The translations under genes were made by a program, and so were the position numbers. Source: Candidatus Adlerbacteria bacterium RIFOXYC1_FULL_48_26 (GTDB lineage Bacteria > Patescibacteriota > Minisyncoccia > Phycocordibacterales > SBAW01). Taken from it: DNA of 49,999 nt. The stretch lies in the NCBI GenBank assembly GCA_001773575.1, contig MEXB01000007.1:1-49999 (forward strand), given 5' to 3'. The notes below the pieces were generated by a model that saw nothing but the letters and a program-made list of their open reading frames with translations, was not told where the DNA came from and made no database searches. Positions 18,827-28,594 of this stretch are shown piece after piece; the first letter of the stretch is position 1, and each line of letters begins with the position of its first letter.

Positions 18827-20104
18827 CTAATTCGTTTCTCGCCTTATGTTAAGGCCGAGCTTGGAAAGACGCTTCTCTATATATTCGTACCCACGGTCTA
18901 TGTGGTACACATTGTCTATTGTTGACGTGCCCTCAGCAATGGCCGCCGCCATAAGAAAAGCTAGGCCTGCGCGAATATCAGGGCTTTTAAGTTCAGCTGC
19001 ATTCAGTGGAGTGGCGCCCTCAATATGCGCATGCTGTGGGTCGAGTAATTCTATATGCGCACCCATACGTGCAAGGTCAGCAGTGTACGCAAGCCTTCCT
19101 TTCCAAATTGTTTCTGTAAGCAAACTCATACCATGTGCTTGGGTTAGATACACAACAAGCGGCGGCTGTAGGTCTGTAGCAAAGCCTGGATACTCAGTAG
19201 TTTGTACGTCCATGGCTTTTGGCTCTACACAGCCGCGCACTTCGATAAAATCTTTTCCGATCTCTAGCTGTACACCAGAACGCTGAAGCATTTCCGTAAG
19301 AGCGCCTACCTGTTCTGGAATGCAGTTAGTAATTTTTATCTTCTCCCCCGCCAACGCACCGAGCAATACAAAGGTTCCCGCTTCAATACGGTCAGGCGGT
19401 GTGTTGTACGAAACACCATTTGCATGAAGCATCCCTCCACCGACGATAGTCATTGTGTCCGTTCCTGCGCCTGCAATATTCGCGCCGCACGCATTTAAAT
19501 ACGAAGCGAGGTCAGAAATTTCTGGCTCGCGAGCAGCGTTGTGTAACACTGTCGTTCCTTCCGCCAAGATGGCAGCCATCATTAATGTTTCAGTTGCCGT
19601 GACGCTAATAGGTTCAAAATGTATTTCTGTGCCAACCAACTTTTTTGCAGTAACCGTGTATGAATCGTTTTCAAGCACAACGGTCGCGCCAAGTTTGGTA
19701 AAGCCCTCTAAGAATAAATTGATAGGCCTTGGACCTATAACATCTCCACCTGGGTGCGGAAAGGTTACTTTGCCAAAGCGGGCCAAGAGCGGGCCTGCAA
19801 ATACAATAGAGGCGCGTATTTTACGGGCCAACTCATCTGGCAGTTCAGAGCGCGTAACGCTATCGGTATTTATAAGGTAGGTATGAGCGTCTTTCTGTAC
19901 CACGCGCGCACCCATCTCCTCCAAAATTGCGCACTCTGACGCAACGTCTTCTATCTGTGGGACATTGGTGAGGATCACGTCCCCTTCAAATAAAATAGTT
20001 GCAGCAAGACCTTTTAAAATTGCATTCTTCGCACCGCCGACGCGTATTTCGCCAGAAAGTGTTTTTTTGCCACCCAAACCTTCAACAACAAATCTTTCAC
20101 TCAT
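18827..20104 (-). CDS. murA: UDP-N-acetylglucosamine 1-carboxyvinyltransferase (Asp-type active site)
   Basis: GAKNA, RASI, PGGD-IG-RP, PDRIEAGT, YPGFATD, DIRAG and IDRGYE. Confidence 0.96.
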   Translation of the reverse strand: MSERFVVEGLGGKKTLSGEIRVGGAKNAILKGLAATILFEGDVILTNVPQIEDVASECAILEEMGARVVQKDAHTYLINTDSVTRSELPDELARKIRASIVFAGPLLARFGKVTFPHPGGDVIGPRPINLFLEGFTKLGATVVLENDSYTVTAKKLVGTEIHFEPISVTATETLMMAAILAEGTTVLHNAAREPEISDLASYLNACGANIAGAGTDTMTIVGGGMLHANGVSYNTPPDRIEAGTFVLLGALAGEKIKITNCIPEQVGALTEMLQRSGVQLEIGKDFIEVRGCVEPKAMDVQTTEYPGFATDLQPPLVVYLTQAHGMSLLTETIWKGRLAYTADLARMGAHIELLDPQHAHIEGATPLNAAELKSPDIRAGLAFLMAAAIAEGTSTIDNVYHIDRGYEYIEKRLSKLGLNIRRETN

Positions 20105-20409
20105 ATTTGTTGTCCCGACGCTTTGGTCGGGATCTCTGATTTAGGTTTTACTTCCCACCAAAATTTTTTGGAGAACGCGCTGGGTCCATTTCGTTTTTGC
20201 GCGTCATCACACACACTCTTCAAAAAATACAGATCGTTTGTAGGGATAGCTACTAGCACACGCCCCATGCGGCCCATGGTCATGGGCGCCAAACCATCCT
20301 GCACTCGTCCTGCATTTAACTTCTGCAAGAAATATTCCATCAGTTCACCGCGCTCAGTGATTTTTGTCTTCTTCACCATTGGGCGAATGTGTGAACCGAT
20401 GTGTTCCAT
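20101..20409 (-). CDS. hypothetical protein
   Basis: Start MEHIG preceded by TATAAT-N6-ATG; overlaps the murA start. The longer upstream extension overlaps def and was rejected. Confidence 0.75.
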   Translation of the reverse strand: MEHIGSHIRPMVKKTKITERGELMEYFLQKLNAGRVQDGLAPMTMGRMGRVLVAIPTNDLYFLKSVCDDAQKRNGPSAFSKKFWWEVKPKSEIPTKASGQQI

Positions 20410-20475
20410 GCCGCCATTATACATCTCCTCTATAAGGTTTTCTTTTCTTAAAAAATGTTGCATTATGCTGAATAC

Positions 20476-21012
20476 ATGAAAGATCCCGTTGTACAGGAAG
20501 GCGCTAGCGTACTTCGCGAAAAGGCCTCCCCTGTCGCCAAGACAGACTTTGGCTCCAAAAAGCTCACCGCCCTCATCCAGAAGATGAAGGATGTACTCGC
20601 CAAAGAAGAATTTGGTGTGGCTATTGCCGCGCCCCAAGTTGGTGAAAGTCTACGTATCTTTGTTATCGCAGAAAAAGCATTCAAAGACAGTGACGAAGAA
20701 GGGATCGAGGAAACCCCTGTTTCGTCGAGACATTTAGTATTTATTAATCCTGAGTTACTACGCCTATCTCGCAAGAAACATGAAATGTCCGAGGGGTGCC
20801 TTTCAGTGCGCGGCATCTACGGCAACGTGGTGCGTCATGAAAAAGCTAGCGTAAAAGCGTTCGACGAAAACGGCAAACCTTTTACCTATCACGGCTCTGG
20901 CTTGATTGCACATATTTTCCAGCATGAAGTTGATCACTTAAACGGCATTCTATTTATAGACAAGGCAGTCTCATTGCAAGATGAATCTGCCCCAGAAAAA
21001 ACCGATGAGTAA
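20476..21012 (+). CDS. def: peptide deformylase
   Basis: GVAIAAPQVG, EGCLS and QHEVDH. Confidence 0.96.
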   Translation: MKDPVVQEGASVLREKASPVAKTDFGSKKLTALIQKMKDVLAKEEFGVAIAAPQVGESLRIFVIAEKAFKDSDEEGIEETPVSSRHLVFINPELLRLSRKKHEMSEGCLSVRGIYGNVVRHEKASVKAFDENGKPFTYHGSGLIAHIFQHEVDHLNGILFIDKAVSLQDESAPEKTDE

Positions 21013-21862
21013 TAAACCTCTATTCGCGTTTTTTGGAACGCCAAAATTTTCTGTCCATGTACTCGACGCGCTTGAGAGCCAAGGCATGTTGCCAGCGCTT
21101 GTTATTACTGCCCCCGACAGACCACAGGGCCGCGGCCTCGTGCTCACCCCTTCCCCTGCAAAACAATGGGCGATGGAACGCGGCATTGATGTACTTACGC
21201 CTGAGAAGCTAAAAGACGAGGCCTTCCTTGAAGAACTCCAAAATACTGAGTGGGATGTATTTCTTGTTGCGGCCTATGCAAAACTTATTCCAAAAAATAT
21301 CTTGGACATGCCGCGCCGTGGGTGTTTGAATGTCCACCCATCACTCCTTCCAAAATTCCGTGGCCCTTCGCCTGCCGCCTCAGCCATTCTTGCTGACGAA
21401 CGTGCAACTGGCGTCACCATTATGCAGATGGCAGAGAAAATGGATGCGGGACCTATTGTTGCCCAAGCACGAATCGAACTTGAAGAAGAAGCTTGGCCGC
21501 CAAAAGGTAGTGAGTTTGAAACTTTACTTGCAACTGAAGGCGGAAATTTACTTGCAGAAACAATTCCTCATTGGGTCTCAGGACAGATCGACGCAGAGCC
21601 GCAAGATGAATCAGCCGCAACCTTTACACGAAAGTTTACTGACGCCGATTCTCTTATAGATATACACGGCGACCCTCGTGAACAACTTTTAAAAATCCGC
21701 ACCTTCGATAAAAATCCACGCGCGCATTTTATAAAAAATGGTAAACGCGTAATTATTACTGAAGCAGATATCAAAGACGGAGCCTTAGAAATCCTCCGCG
21801 TCATCCCCGAAGGCAAAAAAGAAATGTCCTATGTGGACCTTGTTCGCACCCTTCCAAACTAG
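21005..21862 (+). CDS. fmt: methionyl-tRNA formyltransferase
   Basis: FFGTPKF, PDRPQGRG, NVHPSLLPKFRG and MDAGP. Confidence 0.95.
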   Translation: MSNKPLFAFFGTPKFSVHVLDALESQGMLPALVITAPDRPQGRGLVLTPSPAKQWAMERGIDVLTPEKLKDEAFLEELQNTEWDVFLVAAYAKLIPKNILDMPRRGCLNVHPSLLPKFRGPSPAASAILADERATGVTIMQMAEKMDAGPIVAQARIELEEEAWPPKGSEFETLLATEGGNLLAETIPHWVSGQIDAEPQDESAATFTRKFTDADSLIDIHGDPREQLLKIRTFDKNPRAHFIKNGKRVIITEADIKDGALEILRVIPEGKKEMSYVDLVRTLPN

Positions 21863-21889
21863 CGTTTTTTTGCTATATTAGAGCGGTAT

Positions 21890-21961
21890 TCCGCGATAGC
21901 TCAATGGTAGAGCAGCTCCCTGTTAAGGAGTTGGTTCCAGGTTCGAGTCCTGGTCGCGGAG
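21890..21961 (+). tRNA. tRNA-Asn(GTT)
   Basis: Acceptor TCCGCGA/TCGCGGA; D arm GCTC/GAGC; anticodon loop CT-GTT-AA; T arm CCAGG-TTCGAGT-CCTGG. CCA is not encoded. Confidence 0.97.
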
Positions 21962-22100
21962 CAAAGTAGTTCACCACACCTTTTCAATTATTGAGGTGCC
22001 TGACCCCAACTCTCAATTCTTTAACGCTATCTACGACGCGATGCGGATGGCTTTTGTTAGAGTTTATTGGGATAATAGAAAAGAAAAAAGAGAAAAGGCT

Positions 22101-23495
22101 ATGATACCCAACAACTCACCGTGGATAAAACAGTTGAACCGCACCAGGCCAGTCGTCCCACTCGATAAAAATGTGCGTGCGGATGTGGCCATTGTCGGAG
22201 GCGGCATTGCCGGCGTTGTGACGGCTTTTTTTACTCTGCGCGATACCGACAAAACTGTTGTTCTTCTGGAAGCAAGCAAGGTGGCCCACGGAGCCACCGG
22301 GCACAACGCGGGACAGCTCGCCAGCTACTTTGAACGTCCGATATGGGAATTAGTGGAAGAGTTCGGCCGTGAACTTGTAATTGAAGGGCAACGCTCGGTT
22401 GAGTCCGCATGGATACTGCTCGACCAAATCGTGGCTGAAGCAAAAATCAAAACACCTTCGTACAAATTTACCGGCTACGCAGGGTTGTCGAGCTTTGACC
22501 AGGTGGTGCGCCATCTTAAAAACAATCGTTACCGGGTTGATCACGACCTCCTTCCGGAAGCTATTATGCTTGCGGAGCATTGGGACCGACTGGCTGACAT
22601 ACCACAAGAGTTCAAAGACCTATATACAGTCGCCCCCCAGGCTGATTTGCTAAAATTGCTTGAGACCAACAACACCGATTACATCGCCTCGCTTTCATAC
22701 CAGAAAGGATGTATGAACAGCGCCTTGTTTGTCGAAGAGTTGGTGGGATACTTGCTTGCAACATACAAAGACCGTTTCTCTTTATATGAGGGCAGTCCGG
22801 TAAAGACAGTAACCCTTGCACAAGACAGCGCGGAGTTGGAAGTCCTCATACATACAGTGGAGTGCGCTAGGGTCGTATTGTGCACCAACGGATTTGAACA
22901 CTTTACGATAAAGAATACTGCCGGACCAGACATTGATACCAATTTCCATCATCTGGTTAATGGACGAATCGGCTACATGAGCGGATATATCCAGCCACTT
23001 GATCAGCCGCCCGTTGCGATCAGCTATTTCCCAAAAACAAACGAGCTAAGCGCGGACCCCACCGGCGAAAGTTATTTTTACCTTACGCGACGGCCCCATG
23101 AACATGAAGGTAAAAATTCCTACAACCTGGTCTGTACGGGAGGGCCGGAAAAGGTGCTTCCAAACGGTGCCGAATATATACGCGAAGATGCGTGCTCGGA
23201 TGATTCCAAAAATGCCATTCATGAGTTTCTTCGCAGCAGCTACGCTAAACATCCCGGCGAGGAAGTCGAGTATTCATTTTGTTGGCATGGACTTATGGGA
23301 TATACCCCAAACGGTGTCCGTTGTATAGGCCCCGAGCCGTGCAATAAGGTCTTGTTGTATAACCTCGGGTGCAATGGTGTCGGCATTTTACCCTCACTAT
23401 TTGGAGGGCTGCGCATCTCCCGCTTTCTTAAGGGCGAGCATGTAGAGCCGTCTATCTTCGACCCTCATGACCAGAGAGTCGAATTAGGTATTTAG
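22101..23495 (+). CDS. FAD-dependent oxidoreductase (DAO/PuuB-like)
   Basis: DVAIVGGGIAG, GATGHNAG, VVLCTNG, WHGLMGYT and GCNGVG. Confidence 0.88.
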   Translation: MIPNNSPWIKQLNRTRPVVPLDKNVRADVAIVGGGIAGVVTAFFTLRDTDKTVVLLEASKVAHGATGHNAGQLASYFERPIWELVEEFGRELVIEGQRSVESAWILLDQIVAEAKIKTPSYKFTGYAGLSSFDQVVRHLKNNRYRVDHDLLPEAIMLAEHWDRLADIPQEFKDLYTVAPQADLLKLLETNNTDYIASLSYQKGCMNSALFVEELVGYLLATYKDRFSLYEGSPVKTVTLAQDSAELEVLIHTVECARVVLCTNGFEHFTIKNTAGPDIDTNFHHLVNGRIGYMSGYIQPLDQPPVAISYFPKTNELSADPTGESYFYLTRRPHEHEGKNSYNLVCTGGPEKVLPNGAEYIREDACSDDSKNAIHEFLRSSYAKHPGEEVEYSFCWHGLMGYTPNGVRCIGPEPCNKVLLYNLGCNGVGILPSLFGGLRISRFLKGEHVEPSIFDPHDQRVELGI

Positions 23496-23537
23496 ATTAT
23501 TGCCCGATGTTATCACTGCACATGATAGTCTTATTAT

Positions 23538-24098
23538 GTGAAGGAAAGTATTGCTATTGTTGCCGCACTTCTCGCTATTGCGGGAAATCTCCCCTACCTC
23601 TTCGATATAATTAAGGGACGAGTTAAACCCCACCCTTACACATGGTTTGTGTGGAGCATTGTGTCGTGTATTGTCTTTTTCGGCCAAGTAGTGAAAGGCG
23701 CTGGATGGGGGGCCTTGCCTACCGGCGCATCAGAGATATTCACCATCATCATCTTTCTTTTTTCACTCAAATACGGATTTAAAGGGATTACGCGGACCGA
23801 CACAATCTTTCTTGTCGTCGCGCTCCTGGGGTTGATCCCATGGATACTTACAAAGGATCCAACCATCTCGGTCATCATCGCTGTTGGAATTGATCTCGTC
23901 GCATTCGCGCCAACGCTCCGAAAAACATGGCTCAAACCAACTTCCGAAACTCCTATACTCTACGGCTCGAATGTGCTGCGCCATATATTGGCCCTTTTCT
24001 CGCTCCAAACCTACAACATCGCAACGATGTTGCATTCTATCGCTATGATTACGGCAAATACGGCAATGACGGGGATTATACTCGCACGGAAGAAGTAG
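23538..24098 (+). CDS. multi-pass membrane hypothetical protein (PQ-loop/SWEET-like two-repeat pattern)
   Basis: About 6 TM helices; PY..IIKG..KPH..TW and PT.RKTW..P.SE motifs. Confidence 0.75.
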   Translation: MKESIAIVAALLAIAGNLPYLFDIIKGRVKPHPYTWFVWSIVSCIVFFGQVVKGAGWGALPTGASEIFTIIIFLFSLKYGFKGITRTDTIFLVVALLGLIPWILTKDPTISVIIAVGIDLVAFAPTLRKTWLKPTSETPILYGSNVLRHILALFSLQTYNIATMLHSIAMITANTAMTGIILARKK

Positions 24099-24116
24099 GC
24101 GTATACTAGTACGTAT

Positions 24117-24593
24117 ATGAGCGAAGAATTAAACAATGCACGAAAAGATGCCCTTGCGTTTTTAAACCGACAGAAGACCGGAGTACTTGCCACTGTTTCA
24201 TCAGAGGGAGATGTACACGCCAGCACAGTGTTCTATACATCTGACGAAAATTTTAATGTCTATATATTGACGCTTATAGACAGCCGAAAATATGCAGGGC
24301 TTAGCGCTCACCCACAAGTGGCGTTTACTATCTCTGCTGCCGACATGCCGCAGACATTACAAATTGAAGGTATGGCGATGGACATATCGCTCGATGAAGA
24401 TGCTTCTAAAAAGAAAGATGAAATCTTTAAAATTCTCAATTCTAACAATTGGTTTTACGCTCCTATTACAAAACTCGACCCTGCGGAATCAGTAATCATT
24501 TGGATCAAACCTACGTGGATACGATGGGCGGACTATGCCTTCGAGGAGAGCGGCACTACCCATGTCTTTAAAGAGATCCCCATTACTCAATAA
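24117..24593 (+). CDS. pyridoxamine 5'-phosphate oxidase family FMN-binding protein
   Basis: GVLATVS, SRKY..L..HPQVAFTI and LQIEG. Confidence 0.85.
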   Translation: MSEELNNARKDALAFLNRQKTGVLATVSSEGDVHASTVFYTSDENFNVYILTLIDSRKYAGLSAHPQVAFTISAADMPQTLQIEGMAMDISLDEDASKKKDEIFKILNSNNWFYAPITKLDPAESVIIWIKPTWIRWADYAFEESGTTHVFKEIPITQ

Positions 24594-24603
24594 ACAACAT
24601 AGT

Positions 24604-25083
24604 ATGCAGAAAAAATTTTCTAAAGACTTACCGGCACTTATAGGATTTATCGCACTTTCGGAAGCAGCCGGGATTGTTGGTTCTTTTTTTACTGCTCCGT
24701 CAATTGCAGGATGGTACGCAACCCTCACAAAGCCGGACATAGCGCCACCTAACTGGATATTCGCGCCTGTATGGACAACGTTGTTTTTATTGATGGGAAT
24801 CGCTGCCTTCCTTGTGTGGCGCACAAGAAAAAACACACGAACAGCACTCGGCCTTTTTGGCCTACAACTAGCACTTAACGTCCTCTGGTCGCTTTTGTTT
24901 TTTGGTTTACAAAACCCAGGAGCAGCACTGGCCGAGATCACTCTCTTGTGGCTCTCAATAGCTGCAACGATGGTGGCGTTCGCCAAATTTTCCAAGCCCG
25001 CAGCATGGCTCCTTGTACCGTATATCGCGTGGGTAAGTTTTGCAGGATATTTAAATTTCTTGCTGTGGTCGCTTAATTCCTAA
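24604..25083 (+). CDS. tspO: TspO/MBR tryptophan-rich sensory protein
   Basis: WY..L.KP..APPNWIFAPVWT, QLALNVLWS and LLVPYIAWVSFA. Confidence 0.92.
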   Translation: MQKKFSKDLPALIGFIALSEAAGIVGSFFTAPSIAGWYATLTKPDIAPPNWIFAPVWTTLFLLMGIAAFLVWRTRKNTRTALGLFGLQLALNVLWSLLFFGLQNPGAALAEITLLWLSIAATMVAFAKFSKPAAWLLVPYIAWVSFAGYLNFLLWSLNS

Positions 25084-25096
25084 ACACCTCGAGGAC

Positions 25097-25867
25097 ATGA
25101 ATTATCTGGACGCAGTAATACTAGGCCTTATTGAAGGACTGACAGAGTTTTTGCCAATATCCTCTACGGGGCACCTAATACTCACAAGCCACATACTCAA
25201 CCTCGCAGAGACTGAGTTTCTCAAAAGCTTTGAAATCGCCATACAGTTAGGCGCGATTTGCGCAGTCGTCATACTCTTCTGGAGTACGCTTTTGAAGATA
25301 CAGGTGCTTAAGAAACTATTTGTGGCTTTCTTACCCACAGCAGTTATAGGTCTTGCCCTCTATTCATTTATCAAAACCCATCTGCTTGGTAATGAGTTAA
25401 TAGTTGTGACAGCCCTCTTTCTCGGCGGCATCGCCCTTATATGTTTTGAATATCTACATCGAGAATCTCATGACGCTGTCGGAGACATTGCGTCTATTTC
25501 CTACAAACAGGCCTTTGGGATAGGATTGTTCCAATCTATCGCTATTATTCCAGGCGTCTCTCGCTCTGCGGCATCTATCATGGGAGGTCTTTTGCTGGGC
25601 CTTAACCGTACGACGATAGTACAATTTTCTTTTTTGCTTGCAGTCCCTACTATGGCAGCAGCCACAGGACTCGATTTGCTTAAAAGCTATAAAGCCTTCT
25701 CTTTTAGCGACGCAGGGCTATTGTGTGCGGGGTTTATAACCGCCTTTGTGGTTGCCTTATTGGTTATGCGTTTCTTCTTGTCTTATGTACGCACGCGCAC
25801 ATTTATCCCCTTCGGCATATATCGCATAGCAATAGCCGTTCTATTTTTCTTCGTGTTTATACTGTAA
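25097..25867 (+). CDS. uppP: undecaprenyl-diphosphate phosphatase BacA
   Basis: EGLTEFLPISSTGH, IQLGA, PGVSRS and FSFLLAVP. Confidence 0.95.
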   Translation: MNYLDAVILGLIEGLTEFLPISSTGHLILTSHILNLAETEFLKSFEIAIQLGAICAVVILFWSTLLKIQVLKKLFVAFLPTAVIGLALYSFIKTHLLGNELIVVTALFLGGIALICFEYLHRESHDAVGDIASISYKQAFGIGLFQSIAIIPGVSRSAASIMGGLLLGLNRTTIVQFSFLLAVPTMAAATGLDLLKSYKAFSFSDAGLLCAGFITAFVVALLVMRFFLSYVRTRTFIPFGIYRIAIAVLFFFVFIL

Positions 25868-25873
25868 TTACAT

Positions 25874-26227
25874 ATGGAAGATGGTTTGCTACTTATCTCT
25901 GTCTCTACCCTAACCATAGTCGGTATTCGGCTTGGGGTTTGGCTTATACCAGAAGTTGATATAAAACTTTTTCGCAGAGTGATTCACCATTTTTGGTTTG
26001 GAATATTTTTTATATTCCTCTCCTTTCCCCTCTCTGCTGTTAACCACACACTTGGAGTTGTTGCTCTGGGCGTAGGGCTTGGCCTCGCCGCAGATGAACT
26101 AGTGTTTATGCTCCACGGCGGCGGCCGCGACAAGCAGTATTGGACAGTACCCTCTGTAGTAGGAAGCGCTGCACTTTTGCTTTCAATAGCCTCTTTCCAA
26201 ACCAGCCTGGTTAACTTTTTATATTAG
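25874..26227 (+). CDS. membrane hypothetical protein
   Basis: IHHFWFG and GLGLAADE motifs; 4 TM helices. Confidence 0.75.
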   Translation: MEDGLLLISVSTLTIVGIRLGVWLIPEVDIKLFRRVIHHFWFGIFFIFLSFPLSAVNHTLGVVALGVGLGLAADELVFMLHGGGRDKQYWTVPSVVGSAALLLSIASFQTSLVNFLY

Positions 26228-26332
26228 CCACACTTTAACAGTGTCTTGCTAATTTCTATTTTTATTGTATATAAGTAAGAGCTTCCGCCGTACAGGAGGG
26301 GCAGCAGTGTACAAAAAACGGAGTAGTGTCGC

Positions 26333-26803
26333 ATGTCAGACAGCCAAGTTGCGCGGAAGACCAGGAATCCGCACCACGCAATCAGGGTTCTATTCAACAC
26401 CCTGAAGAACGCTTTCGAACCGGCTGGTACCAAGCCCAAATTCAGAGAGCTACCGGCCACGGTCTCCTTCACGGACCCGGCAGGGACTGAACCCCACGAC
26501 CGGTTCAAGGGCGTTAGGGTGAACCTCACCCTGGACCAATGGCAGACTCCCCTCTCGCTCAAGCTCCGGGGACTTGCCACGTTCGCTCCGGAAGAGGGTT
26601 CGGGGAATTCGCTCCTGTCCATGGTCTGCGAAATTCCCAACGGGACCATGAAGGGGCTGAGGTTCCATGACCCAAACACCAAGGACAGTCCTGAAGCAAC
26701 GCAGACCAAGTTGCACCAGGTTGTCCTTGTCTGGGAGACCGCTGAGGGCTTCAAGGCGAGAATCTCCAGAGACTTCTTGGAACGCTACTCGCGACAGCTG
26801 TAA
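26333..26803 (+). CDS. hypothetical protein (orphan cassette)
   Basis: GC-rich ORF, GGAG SD, upstream TTGCTA..TATAAG and a terminator directly after the stop. Confidence 0.7.
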   Translation: MSDSQVARKTRNPHHAIRVLFNTLKNAFEPAGTKPKFRELPATVSFTDPAGTEPHDRFKGVRVNLTLDQWQTPLSLKLRGLATFAPEEGSGNSLLSMVCEIPNGTMKGLRFHDPNTKDSPEATQTKLHQVVLVWETAEGFKARISRDFLERYSRQL

Positions 26804-26809
26804 CAACGT

Positions 26810-26844
26810 AGGCCGCCCTTTCAAAAGGGCGGCCTTTATCTTTT
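26810..26844 (+). terminator. intrinsic terminator
   Basis: AGGCCGCCCTTT/AAAGGGCGGCCT followed by a T-rich tail. Confidence 0.85.
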
Positions 26845-26861
26845 ACGATATACTTCTCTAT

Positions 26862-27551
26862 ATGGAACTACGGCGCGGCAATGAAGACTTGGAAAAACTC
26901 AACCAAAGTCTTAATGACCCTCATGTACTTAAGGCCTATAAACAAGCCTGCGACCATCACAAAGTATCTTTTCTGCCCCGCATTCTCGGGTACTCACTGG
27001 TCTGGTGCGGGAATACTGTATATGGAAAAGAGCCAACATATCTAAAATTCCGCGCCGTAGAGGTAATTGCGCGCGTTCCCTACCACTCCTGGTCATGCGC
27101 CACCTTTACTCTACTGACGCTGTTTTACTCGAAAGAACAAAAGGCTATACGTCTATCTGACGTCACTAAGTATGCACGTCTCGCGCAAGACAACGAGACT
27201 ATGCACGTCGTGGTTATCTCTCAACTTGCTAAGAAAGAAGAGCGAGCCGGGGCCATCCGACACATATTCATTCCAATGATGTTCGCCTTCTTTTATTTTT
27301 TGTGGTCGTACTTCCTGTATCTTATCAACCCACGCTACTCTTACGAACTCAATTACATGTTTGAAAATCACGCGTTCGAACAGTACAGCAAATTTCTGGA
27401 AACGCGTGGTGAAGAACTCAAGAAAAAACCAATATATAGCGAATTTCTCAGTTGGTATGGACGCTACCCCCGCAACCAATATGAATTTTTCCTTTCAGTT
27501 CGCAACGATGAAATAATCCATCGCAATACATCAATTCACGAAATCCAATAG
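26862..27551 (+). CDS. alternative oxidase / PTOX-like diiron carboxylate protein
   Basis: EVIARVPY, NETMH, FENHAFEQY and RNDEIIH supply all six diiron ligands. Start follows TATACT-N7. Confidence 0.8.
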   Translation: MELRRGNEDLEKLNQSLNDPHVLKAYKQACDHHKVSFLPRILGYSLVWCGNTVYGKEPTYLKFRAVEVIARVPYHSWSCATFTLLTLFYSKEQKAIRLSDVTKYARLAQDNETMHVVVISQLAKKEERAGAIRHIFIPMMFAFFYFLWSYFLYLINPRYSYELNYMFENHAFEQYSKFLETRGEELKKKPIYSEFLSWYGRYPRNQYEFFLSVRNDEIIHRNTSIHEIQ

Positions 27552-27620
27552 ACTCAGATTTGACAAATAGCGTACATATTGTATTTTCTATTTGTAGTTC
27601 TCTAACCCTAAGAGGTTGAA

Positions 27621-27941
27621 TTGAAAAAGTATCTTTTGGTACTCCTGTTTGCATGCCTTGCGAACGTCAGTGCAAGCGCCCAAACACCACCAGCCACCCT
27701 TGGAGACCCTGCGGCAACACGTCTTGTGGACGCCTTTGTGGGGGCCCTAAACGCCTGCAGCAACAAAGGCGAAAACGAATTCAACGTAGGCCGGTGCATG
27801 GGGACCAGGGCAACCATCCTTGAGTTGTACCTTGCCGCTGCCGGCCGCTGCCATGAGGGCCAGAAAAACAGCGACTGCCTTGAGGCAAGCCGCCTCAGGC
27901 TCTCTATAACAAAAACCCTTGAGGACGCTGCCACGCACTGA
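27621..27941 (+). CDS. secreted Cys-containing hypothetical protein (orphan cassette)
   Basis: TTG start after GAGGT; signal peptide ending ASA-Q; 4 Cys in the mature part; TTGACA at 27560. Confidence 0.7.
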   Translation: MKKYLLVLLFACLANVSASAQTPPATLGDPAATRLVDAFVGALNACSNKGENEFNVGRCMGTRATILELYLAAAGRCHEGQKNSDCLEASRLRLSITKTLEDAATH

Positions 27942-27946
27942 CACCC

Positions 27947-27982
27947 AACCGCTCCCTCCCCCGAGGAAGCGGTTTTCTTTTT
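27947..27982 (+). terminator. intrinsic terminator
   Basis: AACCGCTCCCTC..GAGGAAGCGGTT followed by a T-tract. Confidence 0.75.
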
Positions 27983-28538
27983 ACGCCTTACTCTTTAGAT
28001 AGTTCAACATGGTACCCGCGTCGGACACTTCAAAAGGATCGTTTTGGGAATTATCCATATAGCCCTCCTCGATAAACATTTTTTCAATGACACCGTCAAC
28101 GACGAGCATGCTGTAGCGCCAACTTCGCATACCAAAACCCAAATCTTCTTTTTTTACGAGCATACCCATAGCGCGGGTGAAGTCACCATTACCGTCGGGA
28201 AGCATCGTGACGTGCTTAATACCAAGATCTTTGCCCCAATGAGACATGACAAACGGGTCATTAACACTGAGGCATATAACCTCATCGACTCCCAGATTCT
28301 TGAACTCTTCATGTGCTCTGTCATACCCAGGTGCGTGTGTGCTCGAGCACGTAGGTGTAAAGGCTCCAGGAAGGGCGAAAAGGATTACTTTTTTGCCGCT
28401 AAAGATTTCTTCTGAAGTTCGCGTACTCCAGGCGAACGCCATATCCATACATGTGTTCTCACTTGCAGGGCTATGCGTATGAACTTTAAATTCAACATCA
28501 GGGACACGGCGCGGCTCATAGGTTGGATGGTTCTTCAT
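27981..28538 (-). CDS. peroxiredoxin (Prx5/type II)
   Basis: LPGAFTPTCS, SVNDPFVM, DGNGDFT and RSWRYSM. Confidence 0.93.
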   Translation of the reverse strand: MKNHPTYEPRRVPDVEFKVHTHSPASENTCMDMAFAWSTRTSEEIFSGKKVILFALPGAFTPTCSSTHAPGYDRAHEEFKNLGVDEVICLSVNDPFVMSHWGKDLGIKHVTMLPDGNGDFTRAMGMLVKKEDLGFGMRSWRYSMLVVDGVIEKMFIEEGYMDNSQNDPFEVSDAGTMLNYLKSKA

Positions 28539-28594
28539 ATACAGCCAGTGTAGTCGATAATTTCACACTTAAAAAGGGGTGCTATTATTTTTAT

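Noticed and set aside
20410-20637. upstream extension of ORF 20101 overlapping def
   Set aside because: Antisense to def; the divergent -10 boxes define starts at 20409 and 20476.
26667-26861. N-terminal extension of the AOX-like ORF
   Set aside because: It overlaps the upstream gene and its terminator; the leaderless start at 26862 fits better.
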